The notes under the pieces are model-generated. The model had not been told where the DNA came from and made no database searches. It saw only the letters and a list, made by a program, of their open reading frames with translations. From positions 1,726 through 65,725 of the forward strand of contig CANRJS010000002.1 in the NCBI GenBank assembly GCA_947631015.1: a DNA stretch of 64,000 nt, read 5' to 3'. The translations under genes were made by a program, and so were the position numbers. Shown here piece after piece: positions 10,275 through 19,283 of the stretch (position 1 is the first letter of the stretch; every line of letters begins with the position of its first letter). The DNA comes from an uncultured Clostridia bacterium (lineage in GTDB: Bacteria; Bacillota; Clostridia; Oscillospirales; JAAYOS01).

Positions 10275-10789
10275 GCGCGGTGATGAACGCTCTTCTCCCC
10301 GGAATACTCGCGCTTGTGGGCGCGGCGGCGCTCGTGCGGCGCGTGGAGCTGTTCGCGGCGCTCACCGACGGGGCGAGGGAAGGTCTCAGGACGGCGGCGG
10401 GGATAGTTCCTGCGCTCGTCGTGCTGTTCACGGCGATATATATGTTCCGCGCGAGCGGCGCGCTCGACCTCCTCACCGGTCTGCTGCGTCCGGCGGCGGA
10501 GGCCGTTGGGATACCCGCCGAGTGCATCCCGCTCGCGCTGATACGTCCGTTCAGCGGTTCGGGCGCGCTCGCGCTCGGCGCGGACATCATACGCGCCGCC
10601 GGTGCGGACTCGCTTGTGGGGCGCACGTCGGCGGTGATGCTCGGCTCGACCGAGACGACCTTCTACGTTATCGCCGTCTACTTCGGTGGCGCGGGTGTGA
10701 CAAAGAGCCGCCATGCTCTCCCGGCGGCGCTCGTCGCGGACGTCACCGGTTTCTGCATGGCGGCTCTGTTCTGCCGTATATTCGGTTAG
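10271..10789 (+). CDS. spmB: Spore maturation protein B
   Basis: RPFSGSG, GSTETTFYVIAVYFG; GTG overlaps the spmA stop. Confidence 0.9.
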   Translation: MSAVMNALLPGILALVGAAALVRRVELFAALTDGAREGLRTAAGIVPALVVLFTAIYMFRASGALDLLTGLLRPAAEAVGIPAECIPLALIRPFSGSGALALGADIIRAAGADSLVGRTSAVMLGSTETTFYVIAVYFGGAGVTKSRHALPAALVADVTGFCMAALFCRIFG

Positions 10790-10803
10790 CTTCGGCGCGT
10801 CTC

Positions 10804-11211
10804 CTAGAGGTCAACGTGGACATGGTCCACGCCGCTCTGCTCGAACTCCGCCGTGTACTCTGCTATGCGGCGCTCCATCTCCTCGCCCTCCTCGGCGCGG
10901 AGACCCTCCGCCTGCATATCCCTGCGGCTCAGCTCCTCGGCGAGGATGTCGAAGAACATGGCGTCTTCATAGTCCATTATCGCCTCGTGGATGCCGCCCT
11001 CGACGAACGCGCGGCTCGCCTGTATCGTCCCGTCGCGGAACTCCGCGAGCTCGGGCATACCGGCGCGCATGGCCTCAAAGAACATCCTGCTCTCGATGTC
11101 GTCATAAGCCGTGATGCGATCCTCTCCGCGTGCGCTGTTCAGTACCCAGTTTCCGATGTAGACCATGTCGAGGAGCAGCCGGAACTGCTTCTGTGTAAGC
11201 TCGATGTTCAA
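10804..11211 (-). CDS. Hypothetical acidic protein
   Basis: TTG start with purine-rich RBS; host-like codon usage; protein-like composition. Confidence 0.7.
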   Translation of the reverse strand: MNIELTQKQFRLLLDMVYIGNWVLNSARGEDRITAYDDIESRMFFEAMRAGMPELAEFRDGTIQASRAFVEGGIHEAIMDYEDAMFFDILAEELSRRDMQAEGLRAEEGEEMERRIAEYTAEFEQSGVDHVHVDL

Positions 11212-11297
11212 TCTGCCTACCCCCAATCGTATGTCTTTGGTGCAGGTCTCTATTATATACCATCCCGGGAGGAAATACAAGAGATGTCGCTCACGCG

Positions 11298-11668
11298 TCG
11301 CGAAAAATAGGTCGCGGGCTTCGCCCGCGACCTGTTTTTCGCGAGACCGCCGGACAAGGCAAAGCCTTGCCGGCGGCAAGCGCTGCGCTACGCGCCGAGT
11401 TTTCCGCCTTCGGCAGAAAATCGATGCATTCCCACGCGGTCGGCGACCGCGTGGGAGCCCTTTTGATTGAAATGCTCGCCCCGAATGAATCGGGGCTCCG
11501 CGAAGTTGGCGGCAAAGCCGCCAACTTCAACCGCGCGAACAGGCGCAGATGCCGCCCTTGGCGGCGTAGAGGGTCGGGGGCAGTATAGGTTCGAGGGCGC
11601 ATTGTACACGCCGCCGGAAAAAACGATTTGACTTTATTTCGCGCCGGAGGCGCGAAACTCTGCGAGGC
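11298..11668. repeat. Chain of hairpins (REP/MITE-like mosaic) containing family 1 copy B (11429-11555)
   Basis: At least seven consecutive inverted repeats; 11649-11668 is the exact reverse complement of 16407-16426. Confidence 0.75.
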
Positions 11669-11671
11669 CAC

Positions 11672-11703
11672 AAAAAGACGGGGCCGCAGATGCGGCCCCG
11701 TCT
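11672..11703 (-). terminator. Terminator of the BMP lipoprotein gene
   Basis: AGACGGGGCCGCA/TGCGGCCCCGTCT followed by a T-run on the minus strand. Confidence 0.8.
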
Positions 11704-11732
11704 AACGCTCCGGCAAAAGCCGGAATCATCTC

Positions 11733-12863
11733 TTACTGGAAGCTCTCGGGCGTGACGTTGTTGAAGTTCGCGGCCGGGACTATCTCTCCGCTCTTGACCT
11801 TCGCATAAGCGTCGGTGAGGGCGCTGAGGGTAGCCTCGCTGAGCTGCTGACGGCCGTCGGCGGAGACATAGCCAGTGGAGTCGGTGTCGGCATGGAGGGT
11901 GTAGTTGCCGCCCTTGAAGGTGCCGTCCTCGATGGCGTTGAGCTGACGCTCGACCTCCTGCGCCATGTTCTTGAGAACGGAGGTGAGGACGATGTTCGTG
12001 TCGCCGTTGGCGCCGTCGTCATACTGGTCGACGTCGCAACCGATGACCTTGACACCGGTGGCTTCCTTGGCGGCGGTGAACACGCCGTTGCCGGAGTTGC
12101 CCGCGGCGACGAAGATTATGTCGCAGCCCTCGGCTATGAGCGCCTCGCCTATGACCTTGCCGGTAGCCTCGTCGTTAAAGTCGCCGACGTAGTTGCCGCC
12201 GACATTCGTATCGGCGACGTCGGTGCCCGCGTAGGACGGGAGCTCGACTATCTCGGCGGAGGCGCCGAGGTTCTTGTTGGCGTAGTAGACGCCGGACTCA
12301 AAGCCGTACTGATAGTTGACGTTCGACGGGAACGCGACACCGTTGACAACCGCGACCTTGCCGGTCTGTGTCTCCATCGCGGCGGCGATGCCGGCGAAGA
12401 AGCCGCTCTCCTGCTCCGCGAACTGCATGGCGTAGATGTTGTCGACCGTTATCTCGTTGCTCTCGGCGTCGGCCGGGAAGCTGTCGACAAGGATGAACTT
12501 CTTGTCCGGGTTCTCCTGAGCCAGAACGCCGATGCCGGCGAACTGGAAACCCGGGGTGACGATGACGTCATAGTCGGCAAAGCAGTCCGCGACGGCCTGG
12601 ACGGAGGCGGTAGCCTCGCCGGTCGGCTCGTTGACGGGGGTGACGGTGGCGCCGGGATGATTCGCGATGAACGCGAGGATGCCGTTGTAGTTATCCTCGT
12701 TGAAGGAGCCGTCGTCAACGCCGCTCGGGCTGGTGACGATGGCTATCTTGAGCGTGCTGGGGTCTCCGCTCGGCTCTCCGCTTGTGGTCGAGTTACCGCC
12801 GCCGCAGGCGACGAGCCCGAAGCACATGACGAGCGCGAGGGTAAGTGCAAGCACTTTCTTCAT
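11733..12863 (-). CDS. BMP family ABC substrate-binding lipoprotein (nucleoside-binding type)
   Basis: LVAC lipobox, DDGSFN, IFVAAG, IGCDVDQ; own TTGAAA-17-TATAAT promoter. Confidence 0.88.
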   Translation of the reverse strand: MKKVLALTLALVMCFGLVACGGGNSTTSGEPSGDPSTLKIAIVTSPSGVDDGSFNEDNYNGILAFIANHPGATVTPVNEPTGEATASVQAVADCFADYDVIVTPGFQFAGIGVLAQENPDKKFILVDSFPADAESNEITVDNIYAMQFAEQESGFFAGIAAAMETQTGKVAVVNGVAFPSNVNYQYGFESGVYYANKNLGASAEIVELPSYAGTDVADTNVGGNYVGDFNDEATGKVIGEALIAEGCDIIFVAAGNSGNGVFTAAKEATGVKVIGCDVDQYDDGANGDTNIVLTSVLKNMAQEVERQLNAIEDGTFKGGNYTLHADTDSTGYVSADGRQQLSEATLSALTDAYAKVKSGEIVPAANFNNVTPESFQ

Positions 12864-13004
12864 TTTGATATTCCTCCCATAAATTTTAGGCATAACGGTG
12901 CGGAACGCTCTTTAAACACGATCCGACACCGTTTTCAGTGTCATTATAGCACCGCGCCCGCACCATTTCAAGGCGATAACTTCCACAATCTGCACAGTCC
13001 GGCG

Positions 13005-14075
13005 TTACTTTTTTTGGTTAAAAAGACCACGGAGCGAGACGTCAAACGGCGGACGCAGCACCCCGTGCTCGGTGACGATGCCGGTGATAAGGCTGTGGTC
13101 GGTCACGTCGAAGGCGGGGTTGTAGCATTTCACACCCTCCGGAGCCATCCGCTTCGAGTAGAACTTCTCCGCTATCTCCTCCGGGTCGCGGAGCTCTATC
13201 TCAATGTCGTCTCCCGTGGGACAGTCCATGTCTATCGTGGAGGTCGGCCCGAGGACGTAGAATGGTATGCCGTAGTACTTTGCGAGTATCGCGACGCCAG
13301 AGGTGCCTATCTTGTTTGCGGCGTCGCCGTTGGCGGCGATGCGGTCGCATCCGACGAGGCACGCGTCTATCCAGCCGTTTTTCATCACTATGGACGCCAT
13401 GTTGTCGCATATCAGCGTGACGTCTATCCCGGCGGCGTGCAGCTCGTAGCTTGTGAGGCGCGCGCCCTGGAGCAGCGGACGCGTCTCGTCCGAGAAGACG
13501 CGGAAGTTCATCCCTTTCTCCCGCCCGAGGAAGAGCGGGCCGAGCGCCGTGCCGTAGCGCGAGGTCGCGAGCGGGCCTGCGTTGCAGTGGGTGAGGACGC
13601 CCGCGCCGTCATGCAGCAGCGAAAGTCCGTACTCGGAGATGCGGCGGCACATGTCTATGTCCTCGTCCTGTATTGCCTGCGCCTCACGGTCGAGCGCGGC
13701 GATACGCTCCGCGCGCGGAAGCGCGCTCACGGCGCGCGCCACAGAGCACATGCGCTTCAGCGCCCAGGAGAGGTTCACCGCCGTCGGACGCGAGGAGTTG
13801 AGGTAGTCCGCAAGCCGCTTGAACTCGCGGACAAAGTCCTCGCCGTCCGCGTCTATCCCACGCGCGAGCGCCGCCATGCCGAAGCCCGCGCAGATCCCTA
13901 TAGCCGGAGCTCCGCGCACGCGCAGGAGCTTTATCGCCTCGTAGAGCGCTTCGGCGCTCGCGAGCTCGATGTATTTCACCTCGTTCGGAAGGAGCGTCTG
14001 GTCGATGATCGTGACCGTGGCTCCGCCCGAGCTGGGATATACGTTTTTCACGTGTGTGACGCTTCTGATGTCCAT
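13005..14075 (-). CDS. mtnA: S-methyl-5-thioribose-1-phosphate isomerase
   Basis: [41 protein letters not shown]. Confidence 0.95.
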   Translation of the reverse strand: MDIRSVTHVKNVYPSSGGATVTIIDQTLLPNEVKYIELASAEALYEAIKLLRVRGAPAIGICAGFGMAALARGIDADGEDFVREFKRLADYLNSSRPTAVNLSWALKRMCSVARAVSALPRAERIAALDREAQAIQDEDIDMCRRISEYGLSLLHDGAGVLTHCNAGPLATSRYGTALGPLFLGREKGMNFRVFSDETRPLLQGARLTSYELHAAGIDVTLICDNMASIVMKNGWIDACLVGCDRIAANGDAANKIGTSGVAILAKYYGIPFYVLGPTSTIDMDCPTGDDIEIELRDPEEIAEKFYSKRMAPEGVKCYNPAFDVTDHSLITGIVTEHGVLRPPFDVSLRGLFNQKK

Positions 14076-14113
14076 ATTTGTTCTCCTTTTTGTAAGTGTA
14101 TTTTTCGGTTTTT

Positions 14114-15043
14114 TCAGAATCTGAATCCGCTCTTGAACGCCCTCGATGCGAACGCCGCCTCGTACTTCTCTATCGGGTAGAGCTCTATCGGCGGAAGTGT
14201 GACAAGTCCCCTCTCGAGCAGGCGCAGAGCCGGCTCGAACGGGCCGCAGCGGCTGCCGACGAGCGTCACCTCGTTCACGACGAAGTCCGCGAGGTTCATC
14301 GGCGTCTTCTCCGCAAACGTGCTCTTGAGGACGAGCGTTCCGCGGTGCCGCACGAGCCGCCTCGCCGTCTCGAAGCCGGAGGCCGAGCCGGACGCGTCCA
14401 CGACGAGCTCGAACGTCTCGTCCTCGCGGAGCTCCGTTCGTGCGAACGGACGGAAGCGCTCGAGCTTTTCGGGGTGCTTGCCCGCGACGACGACCTCCGC
14501 GCCGGTGAGCGCGAGCACCTGCGCTATCATAAGAGCGAGGCGTCCGTCGCCGACGACGGCGGCGGGCTCGCTCGGGCGGACGTGTACCTTGTCCGGTATC
14601 TCGAGCGCTGCCGCGAGAGGTTCGCAGAAGACCGCGACCTCGTCCGGCAGTCCGTCCGGTATGCGGTGGAGGAGGTCGGTGCGGAGCGTCATATACTCCG
14701 CAAAGCAGCCGTCCTTGTCCGCAAGTCCGATCACGCGGCGGTGGATGCAATGCCCCTCCCTACCGGTGCGACAGTAGATGCACTCCCCGCAGCCGGCGTT
14801 CAGCTCGCCGACGACGCGCGCGCCGATAAGCGACGGGTCGGGCGAGCGCTCGACCGTGCCGACAAACTCGTGACCCATCACGCCCCGGAAGTCCGGCTTG
14901 TAGCCCGCAAGCACCTCGCGGTCGGTGGAGCATATCGCCGCGAGCCGTGTCTTTATCAGGCTCTCGCGCTCCCCCGGCTCGGGGACCGGCAGGTCGGTAC
15001 GGAATACCGGCCTCGGCTCGCCCGTGTAGCAAAGTCCCTTCAT
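14114..15043 (-). CDS. Zn-dependent alcohol dehydrogenase (MDR family)
   Basis: [20 protein letters not shown]; GDGRLA nucleotide-binding loop. Confidence 0.9.
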   Translation of the reverse strand: MKGLCYTGEPRPVFRTDLPVPEPGERESLIKTRLAAICSTDREVLAGYKPDFRGVMGHEFVGTVERSPDPSLIGARVVGELNAGCGECIYCRTGREGHCIHRRVIGLADKDGCFAEYMTLRTDLLHRIPDGLPDEVAVFCEPLAAALEIPDKVHVRPSEPAAVVGDGRLALMIAQVLALTGAEVVVAGKHPEKLERFRPFARTELREDETFELVVDASGSASGFETARRLVRHRGTLVLKSTFAEKTPMNLADFVVNEVTLVGSRCGPFEPALRLLERGLVTLPPIELYPIEKYEAAFASRAFKSGFRF

Positions 15044-15169
15044 ACGTCTTCTCCCTCCCGCCGCGCGGCGGCTGGTGTGCGGCCGCGCGGCACGTTTGCT
15101 GTTATTATGTCGATTATTATATCACGCTTTCGGAGAAAATGGAAGCGTTCATTGTGGCGGAAGCAGAGA

Positions 15170-15200
15170 AGGAGCGCGGCATCGTATGTGCCGCGCTCCT
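15170..15200 (-). terminator. Hairpin, probable terminator
   Basis: AGGAGCGCGGCA/TGCCGCGCTCCT. Confidence 0.55.
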
Positions 15201-15208
15201 CACACTTC

Positions 15209-15544
15209 TCAGTCAACTTGATCCTCATTTTCCTCACCCTCCTGCGGTGCGGAAAACAGTTCGTCTGCAATAGCTTTTGCATTTTGCAGGTGCAAATAAG
15301 GGATATAGAATCTTACTCTCTCCAACATCGGCCCGATCTTTAATGCCAACCCTGCTCCCAATACATTTTTTGTCAGATAAGGAATGTCGTTTTGTTTCAG
15401 TACATCCTCAAGCATTCCGGCCCACACGGCTTTCTGTTCGGTGAGGAAACAGAGGTCGCCGGGCTTGGGCGGCCGGACATTTTGATTTCCGCAAACGGGA
15501 CACCGATTTTCGTCAAAAACAATGCCGCATCTTTCACAGTACAC
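15209..15544 (-). CDS. Small Zn-ribbon protein with DUF2007-like domain
   Basis: CERC..CPVCG; LEDVLKQNDIPY; GGAGGT RBS before GTG. Confidence 0.65.
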   Translation of the reverse strand: MYCERCGIVFDENRCPVCGNQNVRPPKPGDLCFLTEQKAVWAGMLEDVLKQNDIPYLTKNVLGAGLALKIGPMLERVRFYIPYLHLQNAKAIADELFSAPQEGEENEDQVD

Positions 15545-15548
15545 AGCG

Positions 15549-16025
15549 TTACCTCCCTTCCTCCTCTTCAATATCATCCAGTTTCCTTCGCCTCTTTTTA
15601 TATACGCAACGGAAAACCTCCATAATTGCAAAACACAGTATATACACTCCAACGCACATTACGGCGATCCGAACTGTGGCGCCGAGCTCGATCGGTTTCT
15701 TCAAAATAACAAACGCTCTGACGGCGTTAACAGCTCCAAAGATGAATGAAGGTATCAGACTTGTAATGACGTTTGTTTTAAATGTCGGAGTATACTTCCG
15801 CGTCCACAGGCCGTTTTTCAGGCCGGAAAACACAATATAAACGCTTGCCGCAGATAAAGCGGCAAGCTCGCCCATCAGCTCTTTCAGAGTCGTCCCCATC
15901 AACGCCTGCAATAGAACGGCGACAGCCAATACCCAGAACACCAGCCAAAAACCAAACTCCTCAATTTTCAGCAATTTGTTGTCCTGCATTTCATCGAGCA
16001 TATTATTTGATTTTTTGTATTTCAT
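15549..16025 (-). CDS. Four-TM membrane protein (DUF6773-like)
   Basis: LDEMQDNKLLKIE N-terminus, four hydrophobic segments, adjacent to the XRE gene. Confidence 0.7.
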   Translation of the reverse strand: MKYKKSNNMLDEMQDNKLLKIEEFGFWLVFWVLAVAVLLQALMGTTLKELMGELAALSAASVYIVFSGLKNGLWTRKYTPTFKTNVITSLIPSFIFGAVNAVRAFVILKKPIELGATVRIAVMCVGVYILCFAIMEVFRCVYKKRRRKLDDIEEEEGR

Positions 16026-16026
16026 G

Positions 16027-16239
16027 TTAATTTTCCTCCTCTCCGAACAGTTCGTCAAGCGATTTCCCCAGCACCTTGCAAATAGCGCGGCACAGTTTTA
16101 TCGTCGGGTTATAATCTCCCTGTTCTATGGCGTTCATCGTCTGCCGGGAAACGCCGACAGCCTCCGCAAGTTCCTTTTGCGTTATGTCCAACGAGCCTCT
16201 TGCCGCCTTGATTTTTACATTCCTGGCTATCGTAACCAC
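16027..16239 (-). CDS. XRE/Cro family HTH regulator
   Basis: TQKELAEAVGVSRQTMNAIEQGDYNPT. Confidence 0.92.
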   Translation of the reverse strand: MVTIARNVKIKAARGSLDITQKELAEAVGVSRQTMNAIEQGDYNPTIKLCRAICKVLGKSLDELFGEEEN

Positions 16240-16247
16240 CCCTCTAT

Positions 16248-16288
16248 ATAGTAATATATATCTGAATAAATGTCAAGTATATACGACA
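16248..16288 (-). promoter_or_regulatory. Promoter with palindromic operator over the -35
   Basis: TTGACA-17-TACTAT; imperfect palindrome TGTCAAGTATATACGACA at 16271-16288. Confidence 0.6.
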
Positions 16289-16350
16289 AATTTGTGGTCT
16301 CATTTTTTATCTTCGCTTGTCAACAAACTTTTCCGCATTCTTTGAAATCC

Positions 16351-16394
16351 GCCGCGAACACAACAAAGCCGGGAGGATAGTCCTCCCGGCTTTT
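16351..16394. repeat. Terminator-containing direct repeat, copy 1
   Basis: GCCGCG..AAAGCCGGGAGGA-loop-TCCTCCCGGCTTTT; matches 17344-17387. Confidence 0.75.
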
Positions 16395-16455
16395 CTGCTT
16401 GTCAAAGCCTCGCAGAGTTTCGCGCCGACGAAACGGCGATTTCCCGCGAAAGTCT

Positions 16456-17232
16456 TCAGCTGCTCCAGCCTCTCCCGCCTGTCGGGTCTATGTTCCCCGG
16501 ATACACATAGTCGTCTACGAGCCAAACTCCGTCCACGCATTTCACCGTGAAGTCAACGTAGCTTGCGGAGAAGTCGGGAGGCGTCTGAACCTCGATTTGC
16601 AGACGTATCCTGTCCTTCTCCGTGTCCGCCGTTTTCGCGGAGGGTATGTTCAGCGCAGGAGTCCAGCCCGTTCTCCACGGGCATTTCCTCCAAATTTTGC
16701 CGTCGTATTCCTCGATAAAGTGATTCTCCGTAACCGCCGCCGTGAATTGTTCCGCGCCTTCGTCGGTAAAGCACTCGCTTACCGCTTCGTCAAAGTTTAA
16801 GATCTCCTCGAAACCCGCCCCCTGCACCGTGCCGTCCTCCAAAGTGAAGGGATGCATCGTCGAATTGTACTCTCCGAGTTCAAAAGGACCAGCCAAATCC
16901 TCGTTGTACATCGAATTGACGTTGTACCACAGCTCGACAACGCGGGCTGTTATGTCATTCCCGTCAATATCGAGCACGGTCAGGTTGTAGTCCTCCGGAT
17001 CGTACGGAAGCGGTTCATCGGACACGGGCGGCGCGCCCACATCCGGCGTTTTGCTTGGGGAAGGCGCCTCCGGCCCATCGGACACAGCCTCGGGAGACGC
17101 GCTCGAACCGGGTGTTTCGCTTTGACGGACGTCGCTCCCCCGCTCCGGACTTACGTTTTCGCCCGCGCCGACGCCGCACGAGCAGAGCAGCATCGCAAAC
17201 ACGATAACAACGGAAATAAGTATCTTTTTCAC
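16456..17232 (-). CDS. Lipoprotein, possibly IseA-like DL-endopeptidase inhibitor domain
   Basis: LCSC lipobox, S/P-rich linker, FTDEG..FIEEYDGKI..VDGVWLVDD pattern. Confidence 0.6.
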   Translation of the reverse strand: MKKILISVVIVFAMLLCSCGVGAGENVSPERGSDVRQSETPGSSASPEAVSDGPEAPSPSKTPDVGAPPVSDEPLPYDPEDYNLTVLDIDGNDITARVVELWYNVNSMYNEDLAGPFELGEYNSTMHPFTLEDGTVQGAGFEEILNFDEAVSECFTDEGAEQFTAAVTENHFIEEYDGKIWRKCPWRTGWTPALNIPSAKTADTEKDRIRLQIEVQTPPDFSASYVDFTVKCVDGVWLVDDYVYPGNIDPTGGRGWSS

Positions 17233-17343
17233 ACTTCCGCCCCCTCTCAAAGTTCCGGCTGTGCTGCTTCTTTATGTAAAATTTGTGCTAAAATAATTAT
17301 ATAATAAAGGAAATAATATGTCAACTATTTCCTATTTTATTTT

Positions 17344-17387
17344 GCCGCGCACATAAAAAGCCGGGAGGAAATATCCTCCCGGCTTTT
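17344..17387. repeat. Terminator-containing direct repeat, copy 2
   Basis: Matches 16351-16394; also the likely terminator of the GH5 gene. Confidence 0.75.
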
Positions 17388-17422
17388 ATAACGCCGAAAA
17401 ACAGGGAACGGCGCATAATCGT

Positions 17423-18526
17423 TCAGAATCTCAGCCAGCCCTGATTCACGCAGCGTCCGGCGTCGTCGCATTGCGCGTCGAGGCCGTCCGCGATGACCTT
17501 CCACGTCCAGTAGAACCACCCCATCGCGTCGCGCATACTGTCTTGGAAACTGTCCGCGACGGTGGTGTAGAGGTAGTCCTTCTCGGCCTTCGTCATCTCC
17601 GCAAGGCCGTCCGCATGGTTCTGCGCGTTCCACTCGCCCACTATCAGCGGCACACGCCTCGCGGCGGCGTTCACACGCTCGCCGAGTCCGCGCAGATACT
17701 CCGCGTAGACCTCTACGTTCCGCTCGCGGAAAATGGTCATGTCCGGAGTCATGAGATAGTTGTGCGTATCCAGCACCGCGCCCTCGAGCGAGCCCAGAAA
17801 CTCATCCCAGATATCGAGCTCGAACGCGTCCGAGAACACTACGTACTTCTCCGGCCCCGCGTGGCGGCGGATGGCGGCGTAGGCATCGAGGTAGAAGCGC
17901 TTTAGAAAGTCGAGCGTATAGCTCTCGTTCTTCTTCGCGAGCTCTTTATCGACCGGCTTGTAGAACTCCACGAGGCTGTTGATGTTAAGGAGCTTGCCCG
18001 CCTCGGTGTCGCTGCACATCGGCTCGTTCAGAACTTCTATGCCCCACAATGCCTCGCGCTTCCCGTAGCGCTCCGCTATCTGCTCCAGGACGTCCACCGT
18101 GTAGCGGACGTACTCCGGCTTTGTCGACCACATGCAGATGCCGCAGATGCCCGAGTTGTCGGTTCCGTTGTGGCCGCCGGGCGCGGTGTGGAGGTCGACC
18201 AGTATTTTCAGTCCGAACTTCTCCGCCCAGTCGAAGGCGCGGTCAAGGTACTCATAACAATGTATGTACGGCCCGACGTCTTCAAAGAGGAAGAACGGCA
18301 CCGGGATGCGGACGGCGTTGAAGCCCTTCGCCGCTATTTCCTCAAAGTCCCGCTCGGATATGAACTCGTCGCGGTGGACCTTGAGCCGCTCCGCCGCGCG
18401 CTCGCGGCCGAGCTCCACGCACAGATATGTCTCATCCTCTGCGCTCGTTCCCGAGAACAGCGCCTCCGTCATCCACTTTTCAAGCACCAGCCAGTTTCCG
18501 AGGTTGACCCCGCGCAGCTTTTCCAT
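17423..18526 (-). CDS. Glycoside hydrolase family 5 (exo-beta-glucanase-like)
   Basis: RGVNLGNWLVLEKWM, NEP acid/base and VGEW nucleophile; TTGACA-17-TATACT promoter. Confidence 0.9.
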   Translation of the reverse strand: MEKLRGVNLGNWLVLEKWMTEALFSGTSAEDETYLCVELGRERAAERLKVHRDEFISERDFEEIAAKGFNAVRIPVPFFLFEDVGPYIHCYEYLDRAFDWAEKFGLKILVDLHTAPGGHNGTDNSGICGICMWSTKPEYVRYTVDVLEQIAERYGKREALWGIEVLNEPMCSDTEAGKLLNINSLVEFYKPVDKELAKKNESYTLDFLKRFYLDAYAAIRRHAGPEKYVVFSDAFELDIWDEFLGSLEGAVLDTHNYLMTPDMTIFRERNVEVYAEYLRGLGERVNAAARRVPLIVGEWNAQNHADGLAEMTKAEKDYLYTTVADSFQDSMRDAMGWFYWTWKVIADGLDAQCDDAGRCVNQGWLRF

Positions 18527-18678
18527 GTTGCTCCTCCCTTTCCGTTCTCTTTAAGTCCAGTATAAACGCAGAAAGAAATCGTGTCAACAACAACTCGCCC
18601 GCTTTTTGTCCCGTTAATGCCGGGCACACGCAAACACGTCCGATCCACGACCGCTGCACTTCTGTTGCAAATCTACTG

Positions 18679-18975
18679 CCCCCGGAAACTCACCCGGTCG
18701 GACGACAGATTTGTTCGATACAGAGTGTCGTCTGGTTATGTGGGTTCCGGTTGTGTGTCTGTATTCGGGAGAGGGATCGTTAAGGGAGAGGGCGAAGCCC
18801 TCTCCCTTAAACGCGCTTTTTGGTTACTTTTTACGCGAGCAAAAATGTATCGCGTGCGGGCTCGAACCTTTTCCGCGTAGATACATTCTACAGCCCGCAC
18901 TAGCATTGTCCGCTTCGCGGACAATGCCCAACATTTTCTTCACGAAACTGTGCGGGGCGGCACAGCCCCGCAAGG
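18679..18975 (+). repeat. Structured repeat family 2, left copy
   Basis: 18679-18845 is an inverted near-copy of 23072-23236; includes the AAGGGAGAGGGC/GCCCTCTCCCTT hairpin. Confidence 0.85.
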
Positions 18976-19035
18976 TATCGAAACCGCTAGGTTCCGCATA
19001 AAACCTCGAAGTTTTACTTCGTCAACAACGCTGTT

Positions 19036-19281
19036 TTATGCCGCGAGCTTTGCTAAAATCTCCCTCTCAAAGAAGCTCTTTACCTCGTGTCTCTCGACCG
19101 AGTGGACCTCTCCGTCCACCGTGACGTTCACGCCGGCGGTGCAGCTTCCCATGCAGAAGGCGGCGGAGACGCGCACCCTGTCCTCAAGTCCGTTCTCGCG
19201 TATCAGATATTGCAGCTCCTCGAGCACTCCCGCGGCGCCCTTCAGGTGGCAGGAGCTCCCGATGCAGACGGTCACATTCAT
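19036..19281 (-). CDS. Thioredoxin-like [2Fe-2S] ferredoxin-domain protein (HfsA-like)
   Basis: VCIGSSCHLKG and FCMGSC. Confidence 0.8.
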   Translation of the reverse strand: MNVTVCIGSSCHLKGAAGVLEELQYLIRENGLEDRVRVSAAFCMGSCTAGVNVTVDGEVHSVERHEVKSFFEREILAKLAA

Positions 19282-19283
19282 AC

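Noticed and set aside
8978-10714. 578-aa ORF that looks like an AbrB fusion
   Set aside because: Only the last 79 aa are AbrB, with its own RBS and promoter; the rest is antisense to spmAB.
12864-13004. Purine or SAM riboswitch before the BMP gene
   Set aside because: The leader after the promoter is under 80 nt with one small hairpin and no aptamer consensus.
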